The notes under the pieces are model-generated. The model ran no database searches. It worked only from the letters and a program-made list of their open reading frames with translations, and was not told where the DNA came from. Source: Octopus vulgaris (lineage: Eukaryota). Taken from it: DNA of 64,000 nucleotides. The translations under genes were made by a program, and so were the position numbers. The DNA lies in assembly GCA_951406725.2 (NCBI GenBank), contig OX597814.1, forward strand, positions 225,122,001-225,186,000. The letters are read 5' to 3'. Positions 42,406 through 56,783 of the stretch are shown one piece after another (positions within the stretch are counted from its first letter, which is position 1; each line of letters opens with the position of its first letter).

Positions 42406-43037
42406 TAAATCATATTATCTCTGGCTGCCCAGTCCTGGCTAAGAAGGAATATATTCACAGACATGACAGAGTTGGAACCTACATACACTGGAAGCTATGC
42501 CAACATTATGGAATGACAACAGAAAAAATATGGTATAGGCACACACCAGAAAAGGTCACAGAAAACGAGAAAGCAACCATACTCTGGAATATGCCGATAC
42601 ACACAGATAGAGAAATTAAGGCCAACAGACCAGATATAGTTGTCAGAGATCATGAAGAAAAAAATGCTTTCTAATTGATGTATCAATATCGGCAGATGAC
42701 AACGTGTCTCTAAAAGAAATGGAGAAACTTTCAAAATACAAAGACCTGGAAATAGAGGTAAGCAGAATGTGGACTCTAAAAACAGAAACAATTCCTATCA
42801 TAGTAGGTGCATTAGGCATGATAAAAAATATTCAGACAAATACATAACAAAAACACCAGGACTTACAAACACATATAACAAACAGAAAATTGCACTACTA
42901 GGCACTGCACACATCCTACGCAGAACACATTCCATACAATAACCATCAGAGCATCACAACAAATCACAGCACATACCCAAGGCACACAGAGCTGCGCTCG
43001 GTAGTGAAGTGAAAGCACGCTATAAAAAATAAAACTA

Positions 43038-43040
<3 letters not shown>
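42406..43040 (+). mobile_element. R4/Dong-like RLE retrotransposon, 5'-truncated copy of the 32059 family
   Basis: Highly similar to 32910-33550, with TAA repeats on both sides. Confidence 0.95.
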
Positions 43041-43101
<61 letters not shown>

Positions 43102-43440
43102 TCAATAATAGTTTCTGATTTAGGTTCATATTTGAGGGCTGGAGAGATTCGATACAATCGACCCCAGTACCTGACTGTTACTTTATTTTATCGCACCCCA
43201 GAGGATGAAAAATAAAGTTGGCCTCGGTGGGAATTGAATTTACAATGCAGAGCATCGGAAGAAATACCGTGAAGCATTATTCCCAATGGTCTGACCTTTC
43301 TGCCATCTCTCCGATTTTAATAAAGGTGTCCGAGTACTTGGCTATTATACAAAATATCTGAACTGCGATCTCGTGAAGTATTACAGATTCCAAAGTAAAA
43401 TTGTGACTTGCAAGTTTTACATTCGAAACGCAGCAATATA

Positions 43441-43605
43441 GGCGCAGGAGTGGCTGTGTGGTAAGTAGCTTGCTTACCAACCACATGGTTCCGGGTTCAG
43501 TCCCACTACATGGCACCTTGGGTAAGTGTCTTCTACTATAGCCTCGGGCTGACCAAAACCTTGTGAGTGGATTTGGTAGACGGAAACTGAAAGAATCCTG
43601 TCGTA

Positions 43606-43683
<78 letters not shown>

Positions 43684-43887
43684 TGCTTGTGTGTCTGTGT
43701 TTGTTCCCCAGCATTGCTTGACAACCGATGCTGGTGTGTTTATGTACCCGTCACTTAGCGGTTCGGCAAAAGAGACCGATAGAATAAGTACTGGGCTTAC
43801 AAAGAATAAGTCCTGGGGTCGAATTGCTCGACTAAAGGCGGTGTTGCAGCATGGCCGCAGTCAAATGACTGAAACAAGTAAAAGAGT
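43441..43887 (+). mobile_element. tRNA-derived SINE with CORE-like domain and internal (TA)(TG) tract
   Basis: A box TGGCTGTGTGGT, B box GGTTCAGTCCC, then ACCTTGGGTAAGT. LINE-like tail CAGCATGGCCGCAGTC...GACTGAAAC. Confidence 0.85.
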
Positions 43888-44866
43888 ATAAAAGAGAGAG
43901 TAAAGAACAAGTCAACAGAACATTAAAAATATGCAAGATATTTCTAAAGCTTTACATATCTAAATTTTGCAATGTAATCTAAGCAATGCTGTTTGCAGCA
44001 TTTTCATTCATCTGAGTATGTGTTCGTCTGTCTGTTCGCTTGTTTATTCGTTCGCTCATTTGTTTGTTTGTTGGTTGGTTGGTTTGTCTTTACGAAGCCT
44101 TTCGATGTCGCATAACAACAGGCAGTGTCCACGACATGAGACACCAATCGGTTTCATTTTTATTGTCGAAGCCCCTTAAAAATCATTTGTTACACTTTAT
44201 ACATGGCTGCAGTAGTCAGAGAAGTAAATAGTGTATAGTTCATATTAACACATGCATATTGTTAGCAAGTATATTTGCTGATCAACGTGACACGTCAGTG
44301 AACCCATATAATTATGTTTTTTCACCCCCACCCCGCCACTCAGTTGATATCTGTTGTGTTGTATCGGCATTAATTAACTGCCAGTCCCGACAAGATTTAC
44401 AGCAAGCCATTGACATTTATAAGAAAATATCAAATTCCTCGTAGACATTTATACAATTTGACATCAACATTACGCAGACAAGCGTATGTGCGCTTGTTTC
44501 ACACACACACACACACACACACGCACACGTACGCACGCACACGCACACGCACATGCACCCGCACGTAGGCACACGCATACACACGCATACAAAAGCAAAA
44601 CACAAACAGCCGCATACACACATCATTTAATAAAATACATAAATGTAAGTCGTCGAATGGGAATCTAAAGAGACATGACACACGTAGTTAGAGTCGTGTA
44701 TACGCGTCTTTTACTAGAATTCTGTGTAACCTGAGCGAAGATTAATACAATATGAAACCATAATTTCCATTATGCTGGTTACGTCTAGACTTTTTTTTTA
44801 TTTTAGTGAATAACAATTATACTGAACTCCAAAACTTGGCTGACTAATTGGCTAACTTTTCCAACG

Positions 44867-44949
<83 letters not shown>

Positions 44950-45897
44950 ATATATATACTCTTTATTTTTTGTAGCATGATTGCTGTTTTAACAATCTTA
45001 CTGGAGTTTGAAATCTATGCATCTGAAACACACACACACAAACTTTTCCATATACAAACACCCACAGACACCGTCGTTTGCATTGCCACTATCTCAAAGT
45101 ATCGAACCACAATTTAAATACTTTCAACGATATTAGACTTTGGGTATGAAAAATTAAATGCCATTTGGTAAATGCACGGTTCAATGAATATGTTAAGGCC
45201 TTTCATTAATCTTTTAAGGATTCGATTACGGTAGTTCATGCTACCGGTGAATTATTTGATGCTCCGTAAGATAAAGCAGGAAGTATTTAGTACATGGTTC
45301 ATACTACAACCCCAACAATGAAATAAGAACTCGAAATTCTTTAATGAACACTTCATCATTCTGTCCAACAAGCTATTGTATTATAGAAAAAAAAATGTCT
45401 CATATATCTTAATGCACGGGTGAGTCACCGTGGAAAACTTCATTTCTAGCCCGAGTATCAAGAGCAGGTCAATCCAGAAGAGTCAATCGCACTTGGAGAT
45501 GCTGATTGTGTCCGGAACTTCTGTGCGGAGGATTAATTGCAGTGAAATGACTCAGACAGAAATCAAACCGGCATTGCAGGTTCAGTTTGATGATGGGAAA
45601 TAAATCATGATCCTAAACTTGGTTCTGCTACTTCTACTCATAGGATCAATGGTAGTAGTTGTAACAAGACAGTTCACTACCGACTGACGTTAAGCTGAAA
45701 GTGTGGAAGCCATAGTAGAATGATATTTCGAATAAATATAGTATATGTAAATGTTTGTTTTTTTCTTTGTTTTTCTTTGTCTGATTAACAAGCCAGAGCA
45801 ATTTTAAAATAATCAGATGCATTACTTTTCTAGAAATAATTAAAATTTCATTGATTTGCATATTTTTTGGGTTGATGATATATCAACCCGCTACAAT

Positions 45898-45914
45898 TGG
45901 TGACCCCGACGTGA
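45898..45914 (+). other. tRNA-Trp primer-binding site after an LTR-like ...CA end
   Basis: CCCGCTACA-AT-TGGTGACCCCGACGTGA, complementary to the 3' end of metazoan tRNA-Trp. Confidence 0.75.
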
Positions 45915-46060
45915 GAACCGTTAAGCGTTACACCTACACGCTACATTCGGTAGTGGGTTACATCATATCGACGTGATATGGCACATCACATTCAGCCCGC
46001 TACGTATGCTTTAAAGTGTGTTTCTTTCTTTTTGGGATATATGAGCTACTGATGATATAC

Positions 46061-46330
<270 letters not shown>

Positions 46331-47024
46331 GGGAGAATGTTTATGCATGTGTGACAATGTACGAAAGAAAACTTACTCAATGTTTATGAAATACGAATGA
46401 TGATTAAGTTTAGTCCGCAGAAACCAAAGTTAGCTGACTCTACTACCTTTCTTGCACGAAAGATCTTTGCATTCTCGTGTCCACATATAGGATTAAAGTA
46501 CATGACAAAAGCAAACGATATGATAAGGTGATGAATAAAAGCTTTCCTTTCATTAGCTACCACAAGTTAACGGATGAAAGCTTTCTTTTCATTATTAAGA
46601 GCGAATCTCGTTTTGATCTCTTATTACCACGAACGTTAACATTAGATCGAAAGCTTCCAGCGGCTTAGGAAGAAAGGGGTGTCTTTCAGGGAATTAAATC
46701 AGAAAGGAATGTAATTAAAAGCACCCGCGTCTGAAAGCAAGTTACAAGAACGGAGTTCCGGAGAGATTTAATACAGAGTTAATGTGGGATTATTTATAAC
46801 GTTTGTTGAGTCAACATAGGAGCAACCGTTTGGTGAGGTTTGTTAATACCCTTTCAGTCAAGTTCTCTCTTTGCTTTCTCTCTGTACTCATAGTTAGTAA
46901 ATATATTTTACAATTGACAATTTATTAGCAGGAATGATTCGAGAACAGTAAACAATAGCTCAGCTTGAATTCAGAATCAATTCAGGAAAGTTCAAGAGCT
47001 ACGGAGACGTTATTCAATGTATTA

Positions 47025-47645
47025 ATATTGATTTCAAATTTTGGCACAGGGTCACCAATTGCAGGAAAGAAGCAAATCGTTTACATCGACCTCAGTACCA
47101 AACTGGCACTTATTTTATAAGATTTGATAGAATGAAAGGCAAAGTCGACTCATACTATTGTTGGTTTCAAATTTTGGTACAAGGCCAGCAATTTCGAGGA
47201 TTGGGTTCAGTCGATTGCATCCACCCCAGTACTCAACTGGTGCTTATTTTATCGACCTTGAAAGGATGAAAAGCAAAGTCGACCGCAACAGAATTTGAAC
47301 TCGGAACGTAAAGACGGACGAAATACCGCTAAGCATTTCACCCGGCGTGCTAACGTTTCTGCCAGCGCACCGCATTATACAATATACTAATAGGGATTTT
47401 AAATTTTGTCACAAGGCCAGCAAAGTCGAGGGAGGTGTAAGTCTATTGCATCGACCACAGTGCTCAACTGATTCTTATTTTATCGACTCCGAAAGGATGA
47501 AAAGCAACGCCGACCTTAGCAGAATTTGAACTCAAAACGTAAAGACGGGTGAAACTCTGCTAAGCAGTTTGCCCAGCGTGCTAACTATTCTGCTAGGTCG
47601 CCACCTTAAACAATATACTAAAATTCTTTTCTACTCTAGGCACAA
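47025..47645 (-). mobile_element. Cluster of three or four tRNA-derived SINE copies
   Basis: Repeated family motifs on the - strand. Confidence 0.85.
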
Positions 47646-47659
47646 GATTTATGCTTTGC

Positions 47660-48200
47660 TGGTCAATTCTTCACCGCATGCACTATGTTGTGAACGTGTT
47701 TTGCAAACCAGATTTAGCATTTTCAGTGATACTTTTATGTGCAATGGTTGTAGACATTCATGAGTATTCAAGCACTTTTAGGGGATAAGTGTACAGGAAA
47801 TTTCAATTCGGAATGCAATTGTAGCCAATGCATGCGTGGTTACAAAGTCACTGTTCTTGAATACAATGGAATCCTCTCTGCTAGATTCGAAAGCTAGATA
47901 TCGAAATGGCTTTGAACCAAGGCAAGGTTTCACATAAGTGTTCTTCCAGTTAGTTGGAAAATAAATCGGTAATTCTTGGTGTGCTTTGGAAATCATATTA
48001 AAGAACGAGTGCAAAAAAGTTCTATACCCGCATCCAACCGTGTATGTCCAACATCTGAAATAACCATGCATCGGTTTGTGATGATGTCTTATAGTAAGAC
48101 AGGATAAGTTTTCTGTCAGCAGAAACGCACGTTTACCACCAAGATAACTCTCCGTGGCGCGAGAGGTATTTTTGATGAACAGATGCCAGACGAGTGAGTA
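47660..48200 (-). mobile_element. Possible highly decayed RTE-type LINE 3' fragment
   Basis: Weak by-eye resemblance of the broken - strand translation (...ELPIYF..., Cys/His near the end) to RTE C-termini. Confidence 0.3.
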
Positions 48201-48319
48201 GGGAATATTAAGGAGAAGAGGAAGAAGTGAAAAAGAAGAAAGGAAATGGGAGAAAAGAAAGGAGATTGGTGGTAGAAATTAATAGAAAAAGTGAAGACTA
48301 ATATAAAAGGAGATAAAGT

Positions 48320-48530
48320 CGGCTAGCTGACAGAATGGTTAGCACGCCGGGTAAAATGCTTAGCGGCCATTTTGCCCATTTTTTATGTTCTAAGTTCAAA
48401 TTCCACCGACATCAACTTTGCCTTTAATCTTTTCGGGTCAATAAAATAAGTACCAGTCGAGCACTGTGGACGGTGTACTCGGCTTACCCTCTCCTCGAAA
48501 CCGCTGGCTTTATGCCAAAATTTGAAACAA
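48320..48530 (+). mobile_element. tRNA-derived SINE, diverged
   Basis: GCTGACAGAATGGTTAGCACGCCGG head and family core. Confidence 0.82.
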
Positions 48531-48817
48531 ATTTTAGAGAATATATCGGAGAGACAAAGCGGTATGCTATGTTTTCTGGGACATGAATATCATGAATGAA
48601 TCTCACATACTATCCTGTAAGATTTATTCGGTTTTTAGCTGAAAATGCTTCCTGAACTGAAAAATGTTTGTAGCTTGTGCCTGAAATACTAGTGTATTTC
48701 TTCTTGGTTGTTTATATTGGTTGAATATCTGAGAGATATGAATGGCATAGCTATAGCTTATATCGATTGTATTCTTATTAATGATTTTGTAATATCTATG
48801 GGATGCTCGGAAGTGGT

Positions 48818-48869
<52 letters not shown>

Positions 48870-50705
48870 CAGGATTAAGAAGCATTTATAGCTACATTCA
48901 TGCTTTATGGATGGTTAAGACATTATTTCCCTATCGGAATAATGCGAGGTAAAAACGAGAATTGGGCTTTGTAATGGAAAAAAGATTTTATCAGTGAGCT
49001 TGTATTATTAAAGGTAAGAGAAAATTATAAGGTATCCATCAAGTGACATATATAGAGAATGATAAGTGGAAATCCTTTTTTAATGCATCTAAAAACGATA
49101 AGTTCGTTTTAAGACCAACCCCTACCAAACACTGTAACTACAGGAGGATCCGAGGAGATGTCTTGACAACCGTTAAAAAGTGTGATGTCTAATAATTACA
49201 CCAATAACTTCAAAAGTGATTGAAACTGTATTGTGCAACCAGACAAACCCGAAATACGCATGCGCTTTATACGAATAAGCACAGTAGATTATTAGTAGAT
49301 AATCTAAGTTGTATCTCAAAAGAATTACGAGTCCTAGAATGTAAAACAATCGGAGACAGAAGTTAGCTGCCCAATTAAACCTTGACAATCGCATTGAACG
49401 CCTTAAGAAGGCAAAGCACACTTAAGTTAGTTTTATCAATAATCTGAAATGCGACCAAATGGGCTTCATAAAAAAATGAACCGTGTATAGACAGTATATA
49501 CAGGCTTCCATAAATTCAAGCATTAAACAAGCTACGATGTTAATTGAATGGAATTATAAGAATACTATCATTAAGTGGTTTGATATCATCACTGATAAAA
49601 CTGTTAATAGGATTATTGACTCAATATTGCGGAGCCATAAACCTCTATATCTGTATAAGTTACTCTCCTGTAAGATCTAGAATCTTGTAGAATATATATC
49701 ATTATAACAGAGACTAACATTTAAATGATGATAAACATTAGGAAATCGATGTTCTTTTTATGGGGATTCTTCTGGGTTCCGAAGCTCGGAGACGAGCTCA
49801 TTTTCCGATCTGTGTCGCTGAACTATCAGATTCGTTGTCTTGTCTTCTCTTTGATACGCTTAAGAATAGATAAGAAGAGCCACTCCTATAACCTAGATTG
49901 GTAATTTTCTATCGACCCCAAAAGGAAATGGAAATTTGGCCCCAACAGGATTTGAACAGAGATAATCGGGACATACAGGGTGTATATATGATACATTTAT
50001 AAACAGAACAGTTCATTCAATTTTTGAGGTAAATAAATACAACAGCCATTTCACAGAAAACCCGAAGATCGGAGATTGCTACTTGGAAACAAACTACAAG
50101 TGAATATGCGAAGCATTTCATCTTCCAATATTCAGAACAAATGTAATCGAGTTATTCTTTGAAGTAGTCTTAGTTATTACGCAATACATATACTTCATAA
50201 AATCTTCGGGATATCAGGATTAGAACCAAATTATATAGCTAATAAAAATTTAGCAGAAATATTGTAGAATATTTTTGTCGTGTTAAATAATGTTGCTTTT
50301 CTGGCAAGGCACAAACGATGAGTTGCATGATTTTCATGATTCTTATCAAAGTCATTAATGAAGAATGTGAAATGAAAACCGAAACTTTGTTAACGTTTTC
50401 TTCCATCCGGGCACAAATGCCATTCCTTTTAATATTTGGAGAAGCAGGAAATAGCGATATTCATGTTTTTTCGAAAGGCAATAATGTCATCAGAGATATG
50501 AAATGAACTTTTTAAAACTCCATCGAAAGATCCTGTTTGAAATGCCGAAATTCTTTTCTACTGACACTGTTGATGTTGTCAATACCTATTGAATTAACTT
50601 TAACTGAGAATCGAAATGGGTTCTTCATAGTTTCACCAATGCTAGTATAAGATGATCTGGCTAAAAACAAGACATATATACATAGATACATATATATATA
50701 TATAT

Positions 50706-51008
50706 CTGTGATCACCGTGACCGACCAGGTTATCAGATGTTGCTACACATCGCTGGTCACAATGCGCTTCGCATTGTTTTAGCCTTCAAATGACGCCACG
50801 CCGCTGGCTAAGCGAGCAGGCCAACAGAAGAAAGAGTGAGAGAAAGTTGTGGCGAAAGAGTAGGGATCGCCACCCCCACCCTCTGCAGGACCCTCGTGGA
50901 GCTTTAGGTGTTTTCGCTCAATAAACACTCACAACGCCCGGTCTGGGAATCGAAACCGCGATCCTACGACCGCAAGTCCGCTGCTCTAACCAATGGGCCA
51001 TTGCGCCT

Positions 51009-51010
<2 letters not shown>
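50706..51010 (-). mobile_element. tRNA(Arg)-like SINE, third family
   Basis: On the - strand: GGAGGCGCAATGGCCCATTGGTTAGAGCAGCGGACTTGCGGTC...GGTTTCGATTCCC, with A and B boxes. Flanked by TA repeats. Confidence 0.82.
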
Positions 51011-51096
<86 letters not shown>

Positions 51097-51118
51097 GACA
51101 GTCCCTGCCACAGCGAAA

Positions 51119-51150
<32 letters not shown>

Positions 51151-51154
<4 letters not shown>

Positions 51155-52484
51155 TTTCGCTGTGGCAGGGACTGTCTAACACAGCTCTTACACCACATTG
51201 AAGATGTACTCAAAGGCTTGGGAACAGGGTCGAACTCTGATGTCATATATCTTGACTTTCAGTAAGGCGTTCGACAGGGTAGACCATAATATCCTACTCT
51301 CAAAATTGGCAAATGTTGGAATCCGCGGAAAAGTTCTACACTGGATCAAGTATTTCCTGGCGAATAGAACACAACATGTTGTAGTTGATGGAGTCCACTC
51401 AAGCCCAGCAAAGGTCACCAGCGGTGTCCCCCAGGGGACTGTCTTCGGTCCGCTACTCTTCATAATCTACATAAACGACCTTTCCATTGTCGTACATTAC
51501 TGCAAAGTGAAAATATTTGCTGATGACACTAAGCTCTAGCAAATCGTCAATGAAGAAGCAGACCGAACTCAATTCCAGTCTGATCTATATGCTGTGAGTC
51601 AATGGGCAGACAGAAACAAAATGCAACTGAACGAGGGAAAATTTGAGCTGATGCATTTTGGAAGAAATTCCTCACTAAGACAGCCATACTCTCTTCCTTC
51701 AGGGGAACCGCTCACAGCCTCTAACAATATCAGTGACCTGGGTGTAATTGTTGATGACGATCTCAGTTGGAGTGCACACATCAACAATAAGGTCGATATA
51801 GCTCGTAGGATGAGTTCCTGGATCTTAAGAACTTTCCGGTCCAGAGAACAAGGTGTCATCATACTACTTTTTTCATCCTTTGTACGGCCACACCTCGAAT
51901 ACTGCTGCCCACTGTGGTCTCCCCATACAAGACAAAACATCTCGAGGAATGAATCACCCCAGAGAGCAATCACTAAACGAATTGAAGGCATGGCTGCTCT
52001 CGATTATTGGGATCACCTTAAAGCCTTGAAACTCTACTCTCTCCAGCGTCGCCGTGAGTGGTACATCATTTGTACGATGTGGAGAATATACCGACAACTT
52101 TGCCCAAACGACCTTAACATTAGCTTCAAGGTTCATCCAAGACTGGGACCATGGGCCATACGTCCCCTGCCCAATTCAAGATCACAGCATACATGTACAC
52201 TACAACATAATTTCATTTCCTCAACAGGCCCTGCCCTATTTAACATTGTCCCGAAAGAGATCAAAGAGGAACAGGATCCCATCAACTTTAAACGGAGTCT
52301 GGATAGATTCCTTCAAGGAATACCAGATAAGCCACCCATAATTGGATACAACTCACCCAACAAAAACTCACTACTTGAATGGACCATAAACAAAACTTGC
52401 CTTAAACAGGATTCAAATAATCCTATCAGGTGGTGCTATTAAGTTAGACATGGCCTGGACCAATCATTGGTCGAAACATATCTA

Positions 52485-52488
<4 letters not shown>
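51151..52488 (+). mobile_element. CR1/L2-group LINE, 5'-truncated RT domain to 3' end, pseudogenised
   Basis: GFRCGRDCLTQL, FSKAFDRVDH, SGVPQGTVFGPLLFIIYINDL, IFADDTKL, VRPHLEYCCPLWSP, SLQRRR. 3' stem-loop GACCAATCATTGGTC-GAAAC, followed by (TA)n. Confidence 0.93.
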
Positions 52489-52563
<75 letters not shown>

Positions 52564-55087
52564 TGATGAGTCCTAACTTCATATAATTGGAAAGCAGCGA
52601 CCAAGTTGTTGACTCTTTAAAAAAAGTGTATAAAAGCACATGATTTCCTTCAACAGGACGGTTTACTTAGTTAAATATAGCGCAGAATTCAGCAGTTATA
52701 TTTCTACTGCATGACGTAACCCTACCCTCTTTGTACTTGTTTTAAGTTACATTTTAGCCTCATCTGATTTCCTTACATCACCAACTGCTTTGACTCATGA
52801 TACATTAAAATACTGATACTTACTCATAGACTTCTAAACTTTTGCTTAGATTTCTGCTAAGATACATTCCCGCAATGAATTTTTGTTGTTTCTTTTATAT
52901 TTTTGCTGTTCTTAAAAACTAATCAGGAAACCCCTATTCTCAGAATGTATATGGTTGCTTCATGTATGGTATATATGCCTCCCTATGTTTATGCTGTAGT
53001 CCATGTATTGTGTGTATGTGTGTATTTGTATGATATGCCTCCTTAACTACTGGACCAATGGTATCACGTCATCCTCAATGCATGTCAACTCAACTATAAG
53101 TAATGCCATGCGGAGACGCGTGGAGTTCAACACCACAAATCAGTACAACACTCGCCAATTAACAGCCCCACAATATACGAGCAACTAAATGATTGCTCGA
53201 CTAGCAAGAAATAGCTGTTCAATTTCCCTTGAATCACATCGAACCACATCTGATAGGCCACCCCGTGTCATACAGAACCTATATTATAGCCATCCCTGGA
53301 AGAGCTTTAACAAAAGATCTGCTCAATAAAATTGACTTGGAGCTAAATAACAACAACATTAACAGTAGAAATCGTGCTGCTTATGATGTCCCTCGAGAAC
53401 TCATAAAGTGTTGATAGAAACAAACGACTTCATGCCCTAATCCGTATGGTATTCATTGGATCATTTACGGATATCGCTATGTGGAATTATAGTACTCATG
53501 ATATTAATTATAGGGCTAATTATATACCTTCTGATATAGGATCATGAATGCATGGCAGGTAAACGAAAGTATAAGCAAAAACCTAGATTTAGAATCCCGT
53601 GAAGTATTTTCTGAACAAGTGTTTATTATTATTCCCTTTTGGCTATTAGGATTGAAAAGGCGACAGAAAACTGGACAAAACACCTTGTGCCATATATGGA
53701 TATCCCTTTGCAGTATATATACATAATCCAGTCGAGATTAGTGTTCTCATTCTTCAGTGAAGTTTGTAAAATATATATTAGAACTTAAAACCGATTAGAT
53801 CGACTACAATCTTTTAATCAAAATGTGCGTAACTGTTTCAATCTTGATCATTTACCTCATAATAAGGTGTAGTAATGGGAACAATTCTTTGTTTTGAATG
53901 CTTCATAACAGAGTTTCAGCTACTTATTAAGAACTCAAATGTCATAGAATGAGTTGAAGAGATGCTGTCTTTTCGTAATCTACCATTTGTCACTGCCGCT
54001 TACGCACCAAGTCTTTTGGTGTTAGAGAATAATCTTTCATTAACTCGTCATTAAAGGCTACAACTGTAATTAAATATAAAACAACAACTTGCCTATAGCC
54101 ATGCTGAAACAGTCCCTTTATTGAAAGCTCTATTTACTGCTGCATTTGGTGAATCAGAACAAGGCCCCTTCACTGACTAGAATACATCCATGTTTCCCCG
54201 ACTTTAATGAATTAAGAATAAATGAATCTTTTTACAGCCGGTTCAAACAGTTACAACACTTATCATTATAAATTTGTGGTGTTGTGTCGCCACAAGACTA
54301 TTATGGATTCACAGAATCATTAAAACGTCGGAAAAATATCTTTGCATTTGTTCCAGTTCATTACATTCTAAGTTCAAATGCCAGCATGAGGAAATAGAGC
54401 ACCACTGGAGTCGATTCAAACGATCAGCAACTTGCCCCAAATTTGTCACCTATTCTTGATTTAGGTGGGATGAGTAAGAGAATATACTGGACCTCATTTT
54501 CTCTGGCCAACTCTTAAAAATTGCGAGGTTTATCCCCTCTCCGAATCTTTCAATATCATTAATGTGTTACACTCACCGAACCGCATGAGAAAATTTTTGC
54601 CCTAAACTATGTCCTCAACTGAAATTCGTTGGAACTACCTTGCAGCTTTGATTTTTCTTACAGGCATCAGTTACTGATAATTTGAGAAAGAATCGACTTC
54701 TCCAGTTAAGGACGGCCTATAAAAGCTATGCACACTATTCTTTTTCCTTGGACTAACATACGTAAAGTATATTCCGTAAATAATGCTCCTCGATTCCATG
54801 AGACCTTAATATATAACTGAAGGGTTTCTTAAATATATTATTCCAAGATCAAAATTATGTATATAAAACTGAGAATATGCGTGTGTCTGTCTGTCTGTAT
54901 GTGTGCATCACTAAAATTCGAGAACTACCCGAATTCATTAAAATATTACACATACCTTACTTAGGGTCCATACAGTGTCATGGGCCAAAAAGATATTCAA
55001 CTTCTTGCCTAATATATATATATGGGTGTGTGTGTGTGTGTGTGTATGTATGTATATAGGTATATATACATACATATATATACATAC

Positions 55088-55124
<37 letters not shown>

Positions 55125-55130
<6 letters not shown>

Positions 55131-55385
55131 CCTCAGCCGACGAAACCTTGTGAGTGAATTTCGTACACCGAAACTGAAAGTGGACTGTCGTATATATGTG
55201 TATATTTGTGTGTGTATGTTTGTGCGTTTGTACCCCGCACCATTGCTTGACAACCGATTTTGCTGTTTTTATATTCCAATAACTTAGCGGTTAGGTAAGA
55301 GACACTGATAGAATAAGTACTAGGCTTATAAAGAATAAATTCTGTTGTCGATTTGTTTGACCAACGGCGGTGCTTCAACGGTTTA
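55125..55385 (+). mobile_element. CORE-like SINE, 5'-truncated
   Basis: Matches 43535-43850. Confidence 0.78.
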
Positions 55386-55454
55386 TGAAGGTTATAAAAA
55401 TTAAAAAAATTTTTTTTTAATGTAGCGTTCATACCATTCCAAATTAAATCAATT

Positions 55455-56213
55455 TCAAATGTTGGCACAAGACTAGTAATTTCGCTGAAAGGGTTAGTCT
55501 TGGTACTTACTTTATCGACCCCGAAAAATGTAAAGCATAAAAAAAATTTTTTAGATCAATCTTTTCGAAATTTGAACTCAGTAGAAAATGCCGCTAAGCA
55601 ATCTGCCCGGCGTGCTAACGACTCTTATTTCTTTATTGCCCAGAAGGGGCTAAACATAGAAAGGACAAACAAGGGCAGACAAACGGATTAAGTCGATTAT
55701 ATCGCCCCCAGTGCGTAACTGGTACTTATTTAATCGACCCCGAAAGGATGAAAGGCAAAGTCGACCTCGGCGGAATTTGAACTCAGAACGTAGCGGCAGA
55801 CGAAATACGGCTACGCATTTCGCCCGGCGTGCTAACGATTCTGCCATCTCGCCGCCTTGTATTCTGAAATATATTGGATATGTAAATCAGATTGTAACAG
55901 CCTAAAATCGAAACCTCAGAGAATTTATAAGTTTATATTATTGAAGGTGCTTCTTGTCTCTGAAAATTCACACATTATATATATTTCTTTACTACCCACA
56001 AAGGGCTAAACACAAAGGGGACAAACAAGGACAGACAAACGGATTAAGTCGATTATATCGACCCAGTGCGTAACTGGTACTTAATTTATCGACCCCGAAA
56101 GGATGAAAGGCAAAGTGAACCTCGGCGGAATTTGAACTCAGAACGTAACGGCAGACGAAATACGGCTAAGCATTTCGCCCAATGTGCCAACGTCTCTGCC
56201 AGCTCGTCGCCTT
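55455..56213 (-). mobile_element. tRNA-derived SINEs: old copy, young copy 55625-55858, young copy 55982-56213
   Basis: Family motifs on the - strand. Confidence 0.9.
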
Positions 56214-56783
56214 CTGAAAATTGACACATTATATACTTACAGCTAAATATTCTTTCTGTATCTCCCTAAATGGTTTTTGCTCGCTTATTTCTTTATGACG
56301 AAATAGTTTAAATGTCCTATTTATTAACCTAATTTTCTCTCGTAAATAGTCCTCTTTCTTATCAATAATGCTAAGATCTAAAAGCTACAATTACACCCAT
56401 ATTTTTTATATACCAGTCTGATTGAGCAACTTTCGCAATATGTTTTATCTAATGATACAGGAGGTCTTGATATCTAACGCACCATATCGTCAGAGAGAGT
56501 GTTGTTTGTGATTAGTTTATAACAACTGCAATATTTAAAAGATGTTATAAGGAAAAGAAATCATAAACTAGAAAATGAAGTTTGAATCTGTCCAAAGTCC
56601 ATTGCGTGTAAATACTTTAGAGTATAACTATATGATTGTGAATGAATTGATAAAGATATTGTAAATGAAAAGGTGAAAGGGAGAGATAAATTGACACAAA
56701 AAAAAATTATAACCAGGAACCAATGACGGAGACCACGTGGTCGTGCGAGCTGCAAGAAATTGCAAACGTGTCTTCCACAACTC

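Noticed and set aside
50930-51010. tRNA-like sequence as a real tRNA gene
   Set aside because: The acceptor stem is incomplete and the sequence runs into a SINE body. The same applies at 35977 and 43441.
52440-52480. Stem-loop plus GAAAC at LINE and SINE 3' ends, as a possible hammerhead
   Set aside because: No upstream NUGANNA core or stem I. It is better explained as a LINE 3' recognition stem-loop.
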